Below, piece after piece: positions 1 through 12,408 of a stretch of 64,000 nt of DNA. The stretch comes from Octopus sinensis (lineage: Eukaryota): positions 50,220,001-50,284,000 of the forward strand of contig NC_042998.1 of assembly GCF_006345805.1 (NCBI RefSeq), given 5' to 3'. The notes under the pieces were generated by a model. That model did not search any database, was not told the DNA's origin, and saw only the letters and a program-made list of their open reading frames with translations. The stretch's first letter is position 1; every line of letters begins with the position of its first letter. A program made the position numbers and the translations under genes.

Positions 1-299
1 CGCATTTAAGTGTGTGTAATTATATTTTGATCCTATAAATCTATATCATTCTGAGTGTTTCTAAATTTAGTCTTGCTAAGTCACGACTATATGACTGAAA
101 ACATTCAGCGTGAGTTAGAATCTACCTTAAAGACACTACGAGACAGAAACAGGAAAAGAGAGAGCAAATGTGCCGAGTTTTACATAAGTATGTATGTATG
201 TATGCATGCATATGTATGCGTGCGTCTGTGTGTGTGTGCATCTATGTGCCTATCCATGTATATCTGTATATACATACTCATGTATGCCTGCAAAATATG

Positions 300-350
<51 letters not shown>

Positions 351-935
351 TACGCGAGCGAGAGACGAGCAAAACAGATTATTTTTCCAGCTATACATGA
401 TCTAAGTGTATATATATATATTATATATATATATATATGTTTAGGTTTGTATATATGTGCGTCTCAGTTTATCTAACTACCTATCTAATCACACACACAC
501 ACACACACATATGTATGTATATATATTGTAATACATATTCATATAAAGAGCAGGGAAAGAGGAGAAGAACCGTGATGATAGATAGATAAGTAAATAGTCA
601 AATAGTTAGATAGATAAATGGATGGATGGAGGGATTGATGGATGGATAAGCTTTTATATTACAGTACTAATTCCTACACTAGCTTTCTATATTGAGGATA
701 AACTAGATTCTGTCTCTCTTCTATCTGCTGCTGATCGCATCACGTTCGTTATATTGCAAGAATAAATTTGTGCCCAGGAAACATATACTGTTTAAGGTCT
801 GGTACTTATTATAAGAGTCCTAAATACTTCCCGAATAGTCAGGCTGTGGAGACGTGAACAAGTCAATATTGATTTTCGGCCGTTATCAAATACAATGTAC
901 GAAAACTGACAAGCACAAACACGCACCATAGATGT

Positions 936-977
<42 letters not shown>

Positions 978-1031
978 AAGAAGAGAGATAGAGAAGGGAG
1001 AGAGAGAGAGAGAGAAAGGGAGAGAGAGAGA

Positions 1032-1182
1032 GATCAGAACAGTTTAATTCAAACTCCTTGGTACTCTGAGTTTCAAGTGTGTCGCTAGTTTTCGGCCATT
1101 GGATTCAGAATCCAATGGCGGAAGACTAGCGACACGCTTGAAACTCCGAATACCAAAGATTCTGAATCAAATTGGCTTGATC
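1032..1182. repeat. 151-bp near-perfect palindrome (75-bp arms, 1-nt centre)
   Basis: 1032-1106 versus the reverse complement of 1108-1182 is 62/75 identical by manual alignment. The inner 39 bp have only 3 mismatches; the centre is GGATTC-A-GAATCC. Confidence 0.9.
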
Positions 1183-1241
1183 CATGCATGTAACTCCCAA
1201 TAAATGTGTTGAGTGCACTTCTTTCGTTTGTCTACTCACTA

Positions 1242-1278
<37 letters not shown>

Positions 1279-1297
1279 CTTGTGTGTATGTGTATTC

Positions 1298-1450
1298 ACG
1301 TTCTGATTTCGTATTCCACCGAGGTGGAATTTGCTTTTCATCCTTTCCGGGTTGATAAAATAAGCATCAGTTGTGTAATGAGGTTGATGTAACCGACTTA
1401 CCCACTCCACCGAAATTGCTGGCCTTGTGCCAAAATTTGAAACGAATATA
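1298..1450 (+). mobile_element. SINE family A, 5'-truncated copy with short tail
   Basis: Matches the TTTCATCCTTTC-GGG-T-GATAAAATAAG core and the GGCCTTGTGCCAAAATTTGAAAC tail of other copies in the window. Confidence 0.75.
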
Positions 1451-2315
1451 ATTTTATTTGAGTTCATTATTACACACGCCCAAAAACACACACACACGCG
1501 CGCGCGCGCGCGAAAGCTGGTGTTACCAGTGTACAGCAACATGATGAGGCCATTGATCAGATGATTTTGAATAAAGAACTCCAGGTCAGAAGTTTGAGTT
1601 TTATTCAATATGTTTATTAAAGACAATGAGTCTAACGCAATAGATATTCTGTTTCGTCCGCAGGCATATCAGAGACTCTCTCTAATGCGCCTGCGGACAA
1701 AGCAGATATATCTGGCTGGATTGATTGTATTAGGAAACACTCACACGCACACACACACATTGGCATGCATGCACACTGATACACAAACACACTCACACAC
1801 ATATATGTGTGTATGTATATACATATATTTATGTTGTGTGTGTATAAAACAGACACGTATCAGTACATATGCAATCATTCACCTTTCCCTATGTCTCTAT
1901 CGATATGTTGATATCACTCTATTTTATGTATGTATGTTTATATGTATGTATGCATTTCCCTCTCTCTCTCTCTCTCTCATTATATGAGTGTGTGTGCGTG
2001 TATAATTGAAGTCTAATTCGTTTTTATATTTTTAGGTTTTATATTTTAGGTTTGATAAGCAATTCATTTGGTCAATATATTTTATAGTATTGAACTCATT
2101 TCATAGATATTGATCTAAGCTAGTCTTTTTCCTTGTACATTGTTCGAAGACATTGTTTATGCTTTTGGGGTGATATCGTATTTCTGATGTGATGTAGAAT
2201 GAAAAACAATGCATCTAGTAGTCTATGTCCGTTGCATTGTCTCATTGTCCGTTTTGAAATAAGCTTTTTGTTTTATAAAAATTATTTTGCATATATAAGT
2301 TAATAATAATTTAAA

Positions 2316-2368
2316 CGGCGTTGCATCAGCATGGCCGCAGCTCTGAGCTAAACAATAAAAAAAAAATA
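2316..2368 (+). mobile_element. Isolated LINE 3' tail fragment (CR1/L2-group type)
   Basis: GGCGTTGCATCAGCATGGCCGCAGCTCTGAGCTAAACAATAAAA matches the tail of the LINE remnant at 21081-21406. Confidence 0.55.
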
Positions 2369-2738
2369 ATTGTTCACTTATTATATTTTTTAAAAGTTGT
2401 TTTATATCGCCGGACTGAATGGTCTTGTTCTGGTGTCGAAATCACAGTGATATCCGTTTGGCAGTTGATGAAGGAAATACAAATTTGTTACGCTTAATTG
2501 TGAAATTCTTATATCTTAGTCTCGCTATTCTGAGTTGTCCTTCGTTTTTGTTAAGTGGAATGTGTTTGAGGATTCATAGTTTGTGACAATCACTTACATT
2601 GGTACTGGTTAGATCTTCTTCATAATTAATCTTATTCGGTTTAGCGCTTGGGTATTGGTGTCTAGTTTTGGCATATATATACTACGTGGCATATATATCT
2701 TACGTATTTTTTGGAAGACGCAAAATGTAACAACACAC

Positions 2739-2865
2739 CTTTGATGCAAGTCTGATGAAGCGTCTCTCTTATGTCTAAATCATCAAATATTACATAAGTT
2801 TTCACTTCGAATTTGTGCGTAAACTGTAGAGTTGGTGCAGAAACAATTGTAACGAATCATTAAAG
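2739..2865 (+). ncRNA. Degenerate type I hammerhead ribozyme-like motif with long stem II
   Basis: CTGATGA at 2752-2758 and GAAA at 2840-2843, palindromic stem III ACAATTGT, GUA triplet. Stem I is GT/AC plus CTTTGATG/CATTAAAG. The stem II closing pair is an A-A mismatch. Confidence 0.5.
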
Positions 2866-3068
2866 AAGCGTTAAAGAATTTTCTTTGACTTTTTATTATT
2901 TGGATTATTTACATTTCGCCAAATCCAGTCTACGACGTGATTGCCGTGTAACATGGAATTTCTACACCTAAAGAATTCCGGCTTTGGCCTGGAATCCCAT
3001 AAAGCTGATAACCCATTATTCGGGTTGAGAGCTTCTCTGGAAATACTCTAAATTTACACCATACTAGG

Positions 3069-3109
<41 letters not shown>

Positions 3110-3119
3110 TTTTATCGTT

Positions 3120-3757
3120 TAACTTTTACTTGCTTCTTGGACGGTGGTCATGCTAAGGTAGCACCTTGAAGGGTTTAGTCAAACACATCAACTCCATTAC
3201 TTATTTTTTTATTCTATCTGACTCACTTTGCTGGACGCTAATTTACAAGGAAGTAAATAAATCAATACCGGTTGTCAAAACTTGGTGAAGAAAATACAAG
3301 CACAAACACACACACCCATGTGCACATACATATATATAGAATATATATACATATAGAAATATACAAAGAAATATATATATATACATATTCTTTTATTCTT
3401 TTATTTGTTTCAGTCATTTGACTGCGGCGGCCACACGGGAGCAACGCCTTTAGTCGAATAGTACGTATTCTATCGGTATCTTTTGCCGAACCGCTAAGTT
3501 ACAGGGACGTAAACACACCAGTATAGGTTGTCAGCGATATTGTGGGGACAAACACAAACATACATACACACACATACACAAACATACATACAGACACACA
3601 TATACATATATACAACGGGCTTCTTTCAGTTTCCGTCTACCAAATTCACTCACAAGGCTTTGGTCGGCACAAGGCTATAGTAGAAGACACTTGCCCAGGG
3701 ACTGAAACCGAAACCATGTGGTTGGTTAGTAAGTTACTTACCACACAGCCACTCCTA
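3120..3757 (-). mobile_element. SINE family B: near-full copy (3388-3757) plus an adjacent older 3' half (3120-3340)
   Basis: Reverse complement of the GGAGTGGCTGTGTGGTAAG head, the GGGCAAGTGTCTTCTACTATAGCC core, an internal CA/TA microsatellite and the GCCGCAGTCAAATGACTGAAAC tail. Confidence 0.85.
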
Positions 3758-3759
3758 CG

Positions 3760-3840
<81 letters not shown>

Positions 3841-3902
3841 ATGTATGTACATAAAGGCGTTTGCGTGTGTATGTGTTTCTGAGTCTGTGAATAATAGTAC
3901 AT

Positions 3903-3942
<40 letters not shown>

Positions 3943-4639
3943 AAGAGAATGGTGCAGAATTGCAGGAACAAAGACAAGATCAAAATCACAGCAAGCAGAC
4001 AAACTAACAGACGGACAGACAGTCGGATAGATTATCAGATAGATACACAGATGGATAGACAGATGAACTCAAAGACAGACAGATAGTGAACCAAACTGCT
4101 GTGTGGAGTGTTTTAGTACTATTTCCTCGATATAAATGCTTTCTAAAGCTGCAAGAGAAGAGATTACATGATACAGTGTATGTACATAGAACTATTGATT
4201 TCTTTTGTCTCGGCAAAGGGACAAATTTTGCAGGTGAGAATGTGATGACGATTGAATTGTCGTTCTTCTATTATTTATTGCATATTTTATGGAGTATGTA
4301 GCAATGAAATCTAAATTCAAACCGGCTGATATTTCAATCACCAGTGAAGTAATGTGGTTTATTTTTATGTATTGTACTAAAGTATGAAACGTACTGTTCC
4401 TGGGCTGATGCAGTGATTGATGGCCGACAGTACTGACCACCGTTCTCCTCTTCATAAGAATATTATATAAAAATGTGTGTGTGTGTGTGTGTGTGTGTGA
4501 GAGTGTGTGTGTGTGTGCGTTTGCATGTTTGTTACATCATCGCATTGCTTTTCACATTATGTATAGATATATGTCTATATACACAAACACAACCATATAG
4601 ATATACACACATGCATAAAACATACATATATACGCGCTC

Positions 4640-4682
<43 letters not shown>

Positions 4683-4700
4683 TATGTTTTATTTTATTTA

Positions 4701-4736
<36 letters not shown>

Positions 4737-4754
4737 TATGTTTTATTTTATTTA

Positions 4755-4806
<52 letters not shown>

Positions 4807-4958
4807 ATTTACTTGTTTCTGTCATTCAGTTTCCCTCTGACAAATCCGCTGACAATGCTTTGGCTGCCCCGCGGCTATAGTAAGAGACACTTGCCTGAGG
4901 TGCCACGTGATGGAACTATAGGACTGAACTCGCCTGCGCCTATATATAATATATATAT

Positions 4959-4996
<38 letters not shown>

Positions 4997-5525
4997 AAGG
5001 AGAAGAAGAAGAAGAAGAAGAAGAAGAAGAAATGAGAGTATTGTTAGTGTCATGTCAATGATGTTGGCAATGATAATAGCTTTTGATGATGTTGATGGCT
5101 GTTCTTATTGTTAATTAGGTTTTATGTCAACCCTAATCGAACAGGTCAATGATCAATGGCAGTTCCAGTCTTGACCTCCTCATAGACAATAGTGTGTGAT
5201 TTCAGGGAGATTTACCCGTTATTTCAAATTTACACAGTAAGTATTTTTGTTTGAAGCGGAAATCGAAATCGAAACTTCAAAAACTAATTTCTGTGCTGTT
5301 ATTGACTGTTTAATACAAGAGGAAATCTCATTGCCGTGAATAGTCAACATTTAGGAAGATGATTCCACCGAAGGAGGTCCTGTGATCGCAAACTATCACA
5401 CTCACTGATGAAAATACAAAATCCTTAGAATTGCACACTGCCAAAAAAAAAGGACAAAAAGCTGGTGCACCAGTATGTCCTTGGTGTGGTAACAGAAACT
5501 AACCAAACTAAACGCATTTTTCATA

Positions 5526-6035
5526 TCTATATATATAAAACTGTAGTTGTGTGAGTGCCTGTCCCCTTCGATTTAGATTCCTAACTACTCCCACATTTTG
5601 CGGTGCAGTTTAACCAAATTCGGGTATCTTATAGTCGTGATTAATATCAAGCACGTCTGGCTATTAGCGCGCGTCTACGATGAGTCTACGATTAAAAAAA
5701 TAATTTAACATCATTTTTTATTCCATTTTAATGCATAATTTTTCGTGTGTCGATGGCGGTGGAGTTGGCGTCCATGGTCACATCTGCACCTGTTTGCTTC
5801 CTCTTCTTCCCTCCGTCGTGAAGCTGTGGGGAAGGGAGAGTAAGGAAATCAACGTCGTAAAGCGTTGTCAAGGAGACCAGCGTTCTTTTAGAACAACGAC
5901 TTCATGGCTTGAAGACACCAAAACAGAAATGGCTAAGAAAGCCCGAATTGGCATCTATAAGGGAAGTAACTCTCTAAAAATGCTTATATAGTTATTTCCC
6001 TTACAAACCCGAGCAACGCTGGGCGATACTGCTAG
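5526..6035 (+). mobile_element. Non-autonomous Helitron
   Basis: Starts TCTATATATATAAAA and ends with a GC-rich hairpin CCCGAGCAACGCTGGG about 10 nt before CTAG. It lies between A (5525) and T (6036) with no TSD. Confidence 0.85.
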
Positions 6036-7144
6036 TTAGAAATAAGAAACTGTAACTCTACAACTGATGTTGTATACACGGCGTGGAAGATACAAGAAAA
6101 TTCCTCAGTTCTGCAATGCTTTATATTACAATTATGTCACAATTTGTGTTCAGATCGACTTCGCCTTTGATCACTATGAGACCGGAAAGATCTCCCCACA
6201 AACACCAGGTATATCTCCTTTTCTGAATATCTTTGCGACCAAGTGTTAAAGCATGAAGTTATTATTATTACAAAGTTCAACGAATACATTTCTGGCAGAT
6301 AGTGCTCATGATTATATGTTTTGTATAGGAAAAGTTTATATACAATTGCAACCATCCAATAACGATTCATAAATCACGTTAACTTGATTATCCGGTTTAG
6401 TCTTATGTGAATTCCGTCTTTTCTCGTCTGAAGGACAATTTCTGTAGAACGCTTTACAACGACGGTGGAAATATGAAAGTCAGTTATTACAGTAGCCAAT
6501 ACCAACAATTTAAAGTGCTTCATCTCATCTGAGTGATACAGGGATAATCTTTCTGAGCGAAATGTATAACTGATTATAGCTGGCCATATAGCAAAGTCTC
6601 GTTAGCTGTATGAATTCATTTTACTTATACTCTACTTCACAACTTTACGTGCCTCTACTTCACAACGTTTCTGCTTCTAAAAGGGAATGCACAAATAATG
6701 AACAACTACCTACAATCACCTAATTCCAGTTTCAATCCCAAAACTTTGAACTTTAGGCCTGTGTCGTCTACCATGGCCTTGATTCGACTCAAGCTTTGTG
6801 AGCGAAAGCGTATTAAGTGAGGCATTTAAGTATTTACACATATACTGTTTAAACAGATATAAGCTCAGTTACACAGAGACGTACATAAACATTTAAACAC
6901 AGGTTTAAACATTTAAATATTTAAATACAAAACTACACGCAAGGAAGTACGCAAATAAGGAGTGAAGCAATTGCTCTAAGCTGACAGTAGTAATATTTGA
7001 TAACGAAAACTGTTTGGCGGTCAGTCGAACGCATTGTAATCGTCCTTGGATGCTGATCATACTCTGCCATCCTGTGTAACTTTAATCACTTCATAGTTTG
7101 ATGATTTTAGTAGAGCCCACTTCTGTTGTAAGTATATTACAGAC

Positions 7145-7200
7145 AGCTCAGTCAATGTGACACAGCGTGGAACACCACGCTGTGTCACATTGACTGAGCT
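7145..7200. repeat. Perfect 26-bp inverted repeat with 4-nt loop
   Basis: AGCTCAGTCAATGTGACACAGCGTGG-AACA-CCACGCTGTGTCACATTGACTGAGCT, with an outer perfect 14-bp pair at 7129-7142/7238-7251. Confidence 0.95.
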
Positions 7201-7509
7201 TGCGAATTACCTGAAATGTTCCCGTGTATGTAATATACTGTAATATACTTATGCGTTCAATCCTGTGTAGGCGGCTGACAGACTTCTGTACATTATTCTT
7301 CTATAATAAATGGGTCGACAAGAGGCTATGAAAAGAAGATAATCACAAGTTGACAAGGTGGGAGATCGAACCTATGAGCTCATGCTTGCAAATCGAACTT
7401 CTTATATACAATGCAACTATTGTTATTTGGGGTCACAAATAACAGTCAGCCTGTTTTTTTTTATATGGGTGTGGTAAATACGACAGCCTGTTTTTTATAT
7501 TGATGTGGT

Positions 7510-7705
7510 AAGTACGTCGGGCAAAATTCTTAGCGCTATTTCGTCCGTCCTAATGTTCTAAGTTCAAATCCCGCTGGAGTCGAATTTGCGTTTCATCCTT
7601 TCGGGAACGATAGAATAAGTGCCAGTTGAGCAAAGGGTTCAATGTAATTGTTTAACCCCCTCCGTCGAACTTACTGGACGTGTGCCATAATTGGAAACCA
7701 TTATT
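7510..7705 (+). mobile_element. SINE family A, decayed copy
   Basis: B-box-like AGTTCAAATCC and TTTCATCCTTTCGGG core present. Confidence 0.75.
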
Positions 7706-8380
7706 GGATAGAAATATATATACTATCTCGTCTAGATCAAAGTATGGTTGCACTCGGATACTTAAAAGAACAGTAGTGGCCATGACATCTGGGACAATAA
7801 AAATCTTCAAGACTTAAAAGGGTGAATCGTTGCACGCAAGACGATAAAAAAGACGTTTTCTTGTTTTTCTTAGTTAAAAATAATTTAATTTGATGTCTGT
7901 TCTTTATAACTTTCCTATCCAGCCGTTAACCCGCCAAAATTATGACGTGTGAAAGAGTATCACGTTCTTGACAACCTTAACCATAAAATGAAATCGAAAA
8001 CTTAATCGCAATTTGTAACATAACGAAACAAGTTTGTTTCGCTGTAAATAACCTTTACTATGGTACTAAACATAAGTCATAGTCCTAATCGTTGTAGAAA
8101 CATGTCAAAACAACGTTATGACGATCTATAAAATTATCTACTCAAACGGAAATAGGAAGATGCCGGTTCGTACGCTGTCTGTAGCTTTGACTTTCCTTCT
8201 AATAAAGGGTTTTTGAACCTAATATATAACATGCTTTCAATTATGCCTGCATCTACTTCCAGATTAACCCTAGAAAGAAGTACAGATATAAAGTGAAACT
8301 TTTCCACTCGTGTAGCTGGTATACTCTAATACAACAATCGGGAAGAGTAAACGTACATTCATATTTCATGCATGCGTGTA

Positions 8381-8822
8381 AGGCGGTGAGCTGGCAAAAT
8401 CGTTAGTACGCCGGGCAAAAGGCTTAGTGGCATTTCGTCCGTCTACACGTTCTGAGTTCAAATTCCACCAAGAACGACTTCGTCTTTCATCCTTTCTGGG
8501 GTTCATAAAATAAGTGCCACTTGAACACAGTTGGTCGCTGTAATTGAATCATTCCCTCTCCCGAAGTTGCTGGCATTGTGCCAAAATTTGAAATCATTAT
8601 TATTAAGGCGGCGAACTGGCAGCATCGTTAGCATACTGGACAAAATGTTTAACGGTATTTCATCCGTCTTCGTGTTCTGAGTTCAAATTCCACTGAAGCC
8701 GACTTTGCCTTCCATCCTTTCGAATTCCGATAAAATAAGTACCAGTTGCACACGGTGGAGTAAATATAATCCACTTATCCGCTCTGCCGAAATTATAGAC
8801 CTTGTTCCAAAATATCAAACCA
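8381..8822 (+). mobile_element. Two head-to-tail SINE family A copies (short tail)
   Basis: Two GGCGG(T/C)GA(G/A)CTGGCA heads (8382, 8607), each with a GAGTTCAAATTCC B-box, the core and a CCAAAAT tail. Confidence 0.85.
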
Positions 8823-9067
8823 TGTGACACTCACACACACACACACACACACACATACACAGAAACACACTTCGTTATCTCCACGAGGCTATCAACCCTG
8901 CTTCTGACTTCCACGACGATATTGTTGTATATGAACGTGTGGATATCTGCAGTGATATTTAGCCGACTTTTATTCTTTTGATATTTAATGTTTTTGTTCT
9001 CCTCTTAAGTCGCTTTAATCAATAAACAGTTGGCTATTGAACAACACTCCGCCACTCAGTTCTCTGC

Positions 9068-9148
9068 CCTACTACTACTACTACCACCACCACCACTACA
9101 ACCACTATTACCAATACTACTACTGCTGATGATGATGACGATGTGATG

Positions 9149-9190
<42 letters not shown>

Positions 9191-9272
9191 GGGGTGGTCA
9201 CGCTGGTAGTATTGTGGGGGAAATGGCAGTGGTGGTGCTGGTGTTGTTGGCTGTGTTGGTGGTGCTGGTTGC
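9068..9272. repeat. Compound trinucleotide microsatellite (CTA/CCA/GAT/GGT)
   Basis: Directly visible; explains the poly-His/Pro ORF. Confidence 0.9.
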
Positions 9273-9882
9273 AACAGGATGGTTTTTCACAGTAGTAGAC
9301 AGTGTAGACTACTTACATTTTAGATATATTCCCTTATTTACCATTCCTTAGACATGCCATCAATCTCAGATGTACCTTCTGTGGCTTTGTTGCGGAGACA
9401 GGAGGGCTGAATGGGGAGACTCAATCGATCGATCGATACATATTGTGTGTGTGTATACATACATACATATATATATATATATATTTAATATTTAAACATA
9501 TATACACATATGTTTGTCTATCTATCTCTCTCTCTCTGTGTATGTGTGTCTATGCATGTATATATATATATATATATATGTTTTATATATATATATCATA
9601 CACACATACATATATATATATATATATATCATACATACATACATATATATCATACATACATATATATATATATCATACATATATATATCATACATATATA
9701 TATCATACATATATCATAATATATATATATATATATATATATCATACATATATATATCATACACACACACATATATATATATAAGTTTTTTGTGATGTTT
9801 TTGCAGCTTTGATAATAAAGCATATCACTCTACCTCCTGTATTCGAATACTATTTTTACCCACCTTGTTTCAATGTGGTATA

Positions 9883-9929
<47 letters not shown>

Positions 9930-10096
9930 GTAAGTATATTTATATGTATATCTATGTGTATGTATATAAACATATACATATATATCTATATATATCACTA
10001 AAGTGGCTGAGGGCACTAGTCAGTACCAATGTTGCTAGAAATAAGAGTCAAAGCAACTCATTGCCACATGACAGACAAGGGAGGCAAGCTCCTTAC

Positions 10097-10170
10097 AGCG
10101 TCCTGGCATAGCCAGACCACCAGTGATTTCGCATTTTTTTAATGCTCGTCAGTGGTTTTCACCCAGCGCC
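10097..10170 (-). ncRNA. Type I hammerhead ribozyme
   Basis: Minus strand reads CCA-CUGACGA-GCAUU(AAAAA)AAUGC-GAAA-UCAC(UG)GUGG-UC-UGG. Core is intact, stem II closes with G-C, the triplet is GUC, and stem I CCA/UGG extends via GCG-CUGG/CCAG-GA-CGC. Confidence 0.8.
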
Positions 10171-10373
10171 TAGGGTTAAGCTCAACTCGCCTTGTCAGTT
10201 TATAAGACTACTATAGAAATGACACGCTGATTTCATAGTGACGTCTATATTTCTGCCTTTCGGTTGTAAAATTACGAATAAGCCACCCCCATTATACACA
10301 CACACACACACACACATAGATATAAATAGTTATCTGAGTGTGTGTGTAGAATAAGTGTGCATACACAGACACA

Positions 10374-10464
<91 letters not shown>

Positions 10465-11252
10465 CGTACATATATATGCGAATGTTTGTATGTATGCATG
10501 TATATATGTGCCTGGGTGTATGTGTATGTATAATTTAATATATATGCAAAACACACACACACATTTATATGGAGATATAGCGATATAGGAGACAGAAAGA
10601 GGGATTGATAACATAAGTCAATAGAGGCATGCGTAGTAAGTAGATATATAGAGAGATGTACAAATATGTGGAAGTAAGATATATAGATTTATATATAGAA
10701 AGATGTACAAGTATAGAAAATATAGATGTACAATGTATAGAATGATCTATAGATATATAGATATATAGGAAGATGTATATATAGTGTGTGGAAGAAAGTA
10801 AAGAGCAAGAGACAAAGAGATAAGGAATTGGTAAGTGAGTAGCTGACAATATGAATGAATGAAGAAATAATGGCAGGAATCATAGACGATTTGAATGTGA
10901 AGGAAGTGGGAAGAAATATGAGAACAGGCAGTCAGACAGGTATACAGGTAGTCTAGTGAATAAAATGAACGACGAGCGCACACGTGTATACACACAAACA
11001 CATAAATGCATATATACATGTACACACGCACAACACACACACACACACAAATATATACACAGAGATCTGGTCTAAATGCATGAGTACCCCACTAAGTTGC
11101 TCAGTGGTTCTATGGGTCTAGGGACTAGATCCTAACTTAAACTAACCCGTGTGTGTTGTTATTGAGTAAGCAGGGGCCTTGTGTATTGCTTTGTTTGGAG
11201 GATCGGACGATAACTCTGTCAAGATGTCCCTGCACACGTACTGTCACTCAGC

Positions 11253-11284
<32 letters not shown>

Positions 11285-11679
11285 CACAAACACACACACG
11301 CAGAGGTAGGGTGATCCTATCATTTTCAGCCTAGGATATCTTTGACAATAATTCAAAATGGTGTATTTTCTTCAAGTTAAGTATGTCGCCTCAAAATATT
11401 TGAAGCTACCTCCAAATGTGCGCTTATATATGTTTGTGTGTATGTCTGTATGCTCAGGTATTTCCTGTCCATTATAATTACAATAATAATTGGTATAATA
11501 TCTTCACATCTGATTTGTTGAACATTGCAGTATACGGAAGTCAATTTGTGTGTGCTTGTATGTGTGTGTGTGTGTGTGAAGTGAATTCAAATTTTTTTTC
11601 GGGAGTCACTCATCCAATTATTGATCTTAACAGATATAATATAGAAAGTGCTGTGTTCCTACTTTGAAGCTTAAGATGA

Positions 11680-11810
11680 AGCCAGGAAGCCGTATAAATC
11701 AATTTCTAGACGCATCGAAGCTGTTCCGAAAGCTAAATGAAGACCAAGTCCATATTAAATAAATATTCATTGAATTTAACACGTGTTCCAATTATTTTGT
11801 CCAACCCCTG
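11680..11810 (+). mobile_element. Tc1-like transposon 3' remnant
   Basis: Translates SRRIEAVPKAK*RPSPY*, resembling the Tc1 transposase C-terminus (PRRIEAVxKAKGGPTxY). Followed by the TIR-like TTATTTTGTCCAACCCCTG. Confidence 0.65.
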
Positions 11811-11814
11811 TGTA

Positions 11815-11842
<28 letters not shown>

Positions 11843-11846
<4 letters not shown>

Positions 11847-12196
11847 CCAATTAAGGACTGAACACGAAAAGTGGACAGTCAACATGCTAGATATAGACGT
11901 CAAATCGCCATTATGAGAACATAATCTTTTGTGGAGAATGGCTATACCAATTAAGGACTGAACACGAAAAGTGGACAGTCAACATGCTAGATATAGACGT
12001 CAAATCGCCATTCTGAAAACATAATCTTTTGTGGAGAATGGCGATTTGACGTCTATATCTAGCATGTTGACTGTCCACTTTTCGTGTTCAGTCTTTAATT
12101 GGTATATATAGATATTTTAATCTTCGGATTCTTTTTTAATATGCTAGACCACTGGTCTTAATTGATAAATATCAATTTCTACCCTTAATTAATTTT
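11843..12196. mobile_element. Direct-plus-inverted repeat element embedded in (TA)n (Penelope-like architecture)
   Basis: 100-bp direct repeat (11843-11942/11943-12042, 2 substitutions) and a 72-bp inverted repeat (11943-12014/12035-12106, 1 mismatch). TA tracts lie on both sides. Confidence 0.7.
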
Positions 12197-12408
12197 ATAT
12201 ATATATATATATATATCAAGAGAGAGAGAGAGAGAGAGAGCAATGTGCAATGTTTTTGATTGAGGATATTGAGTAATATAACACAACCTAATTTGTAGAA
12301 GGTAAAACTTATGAGTATTTTGTTAGTGACATACGTAATATTTTGTTAGTGATATACGTAACGGGTAAATTCCAAGTGACAATTTATGGAATGTATGCAT
12401 GCTTTTAA

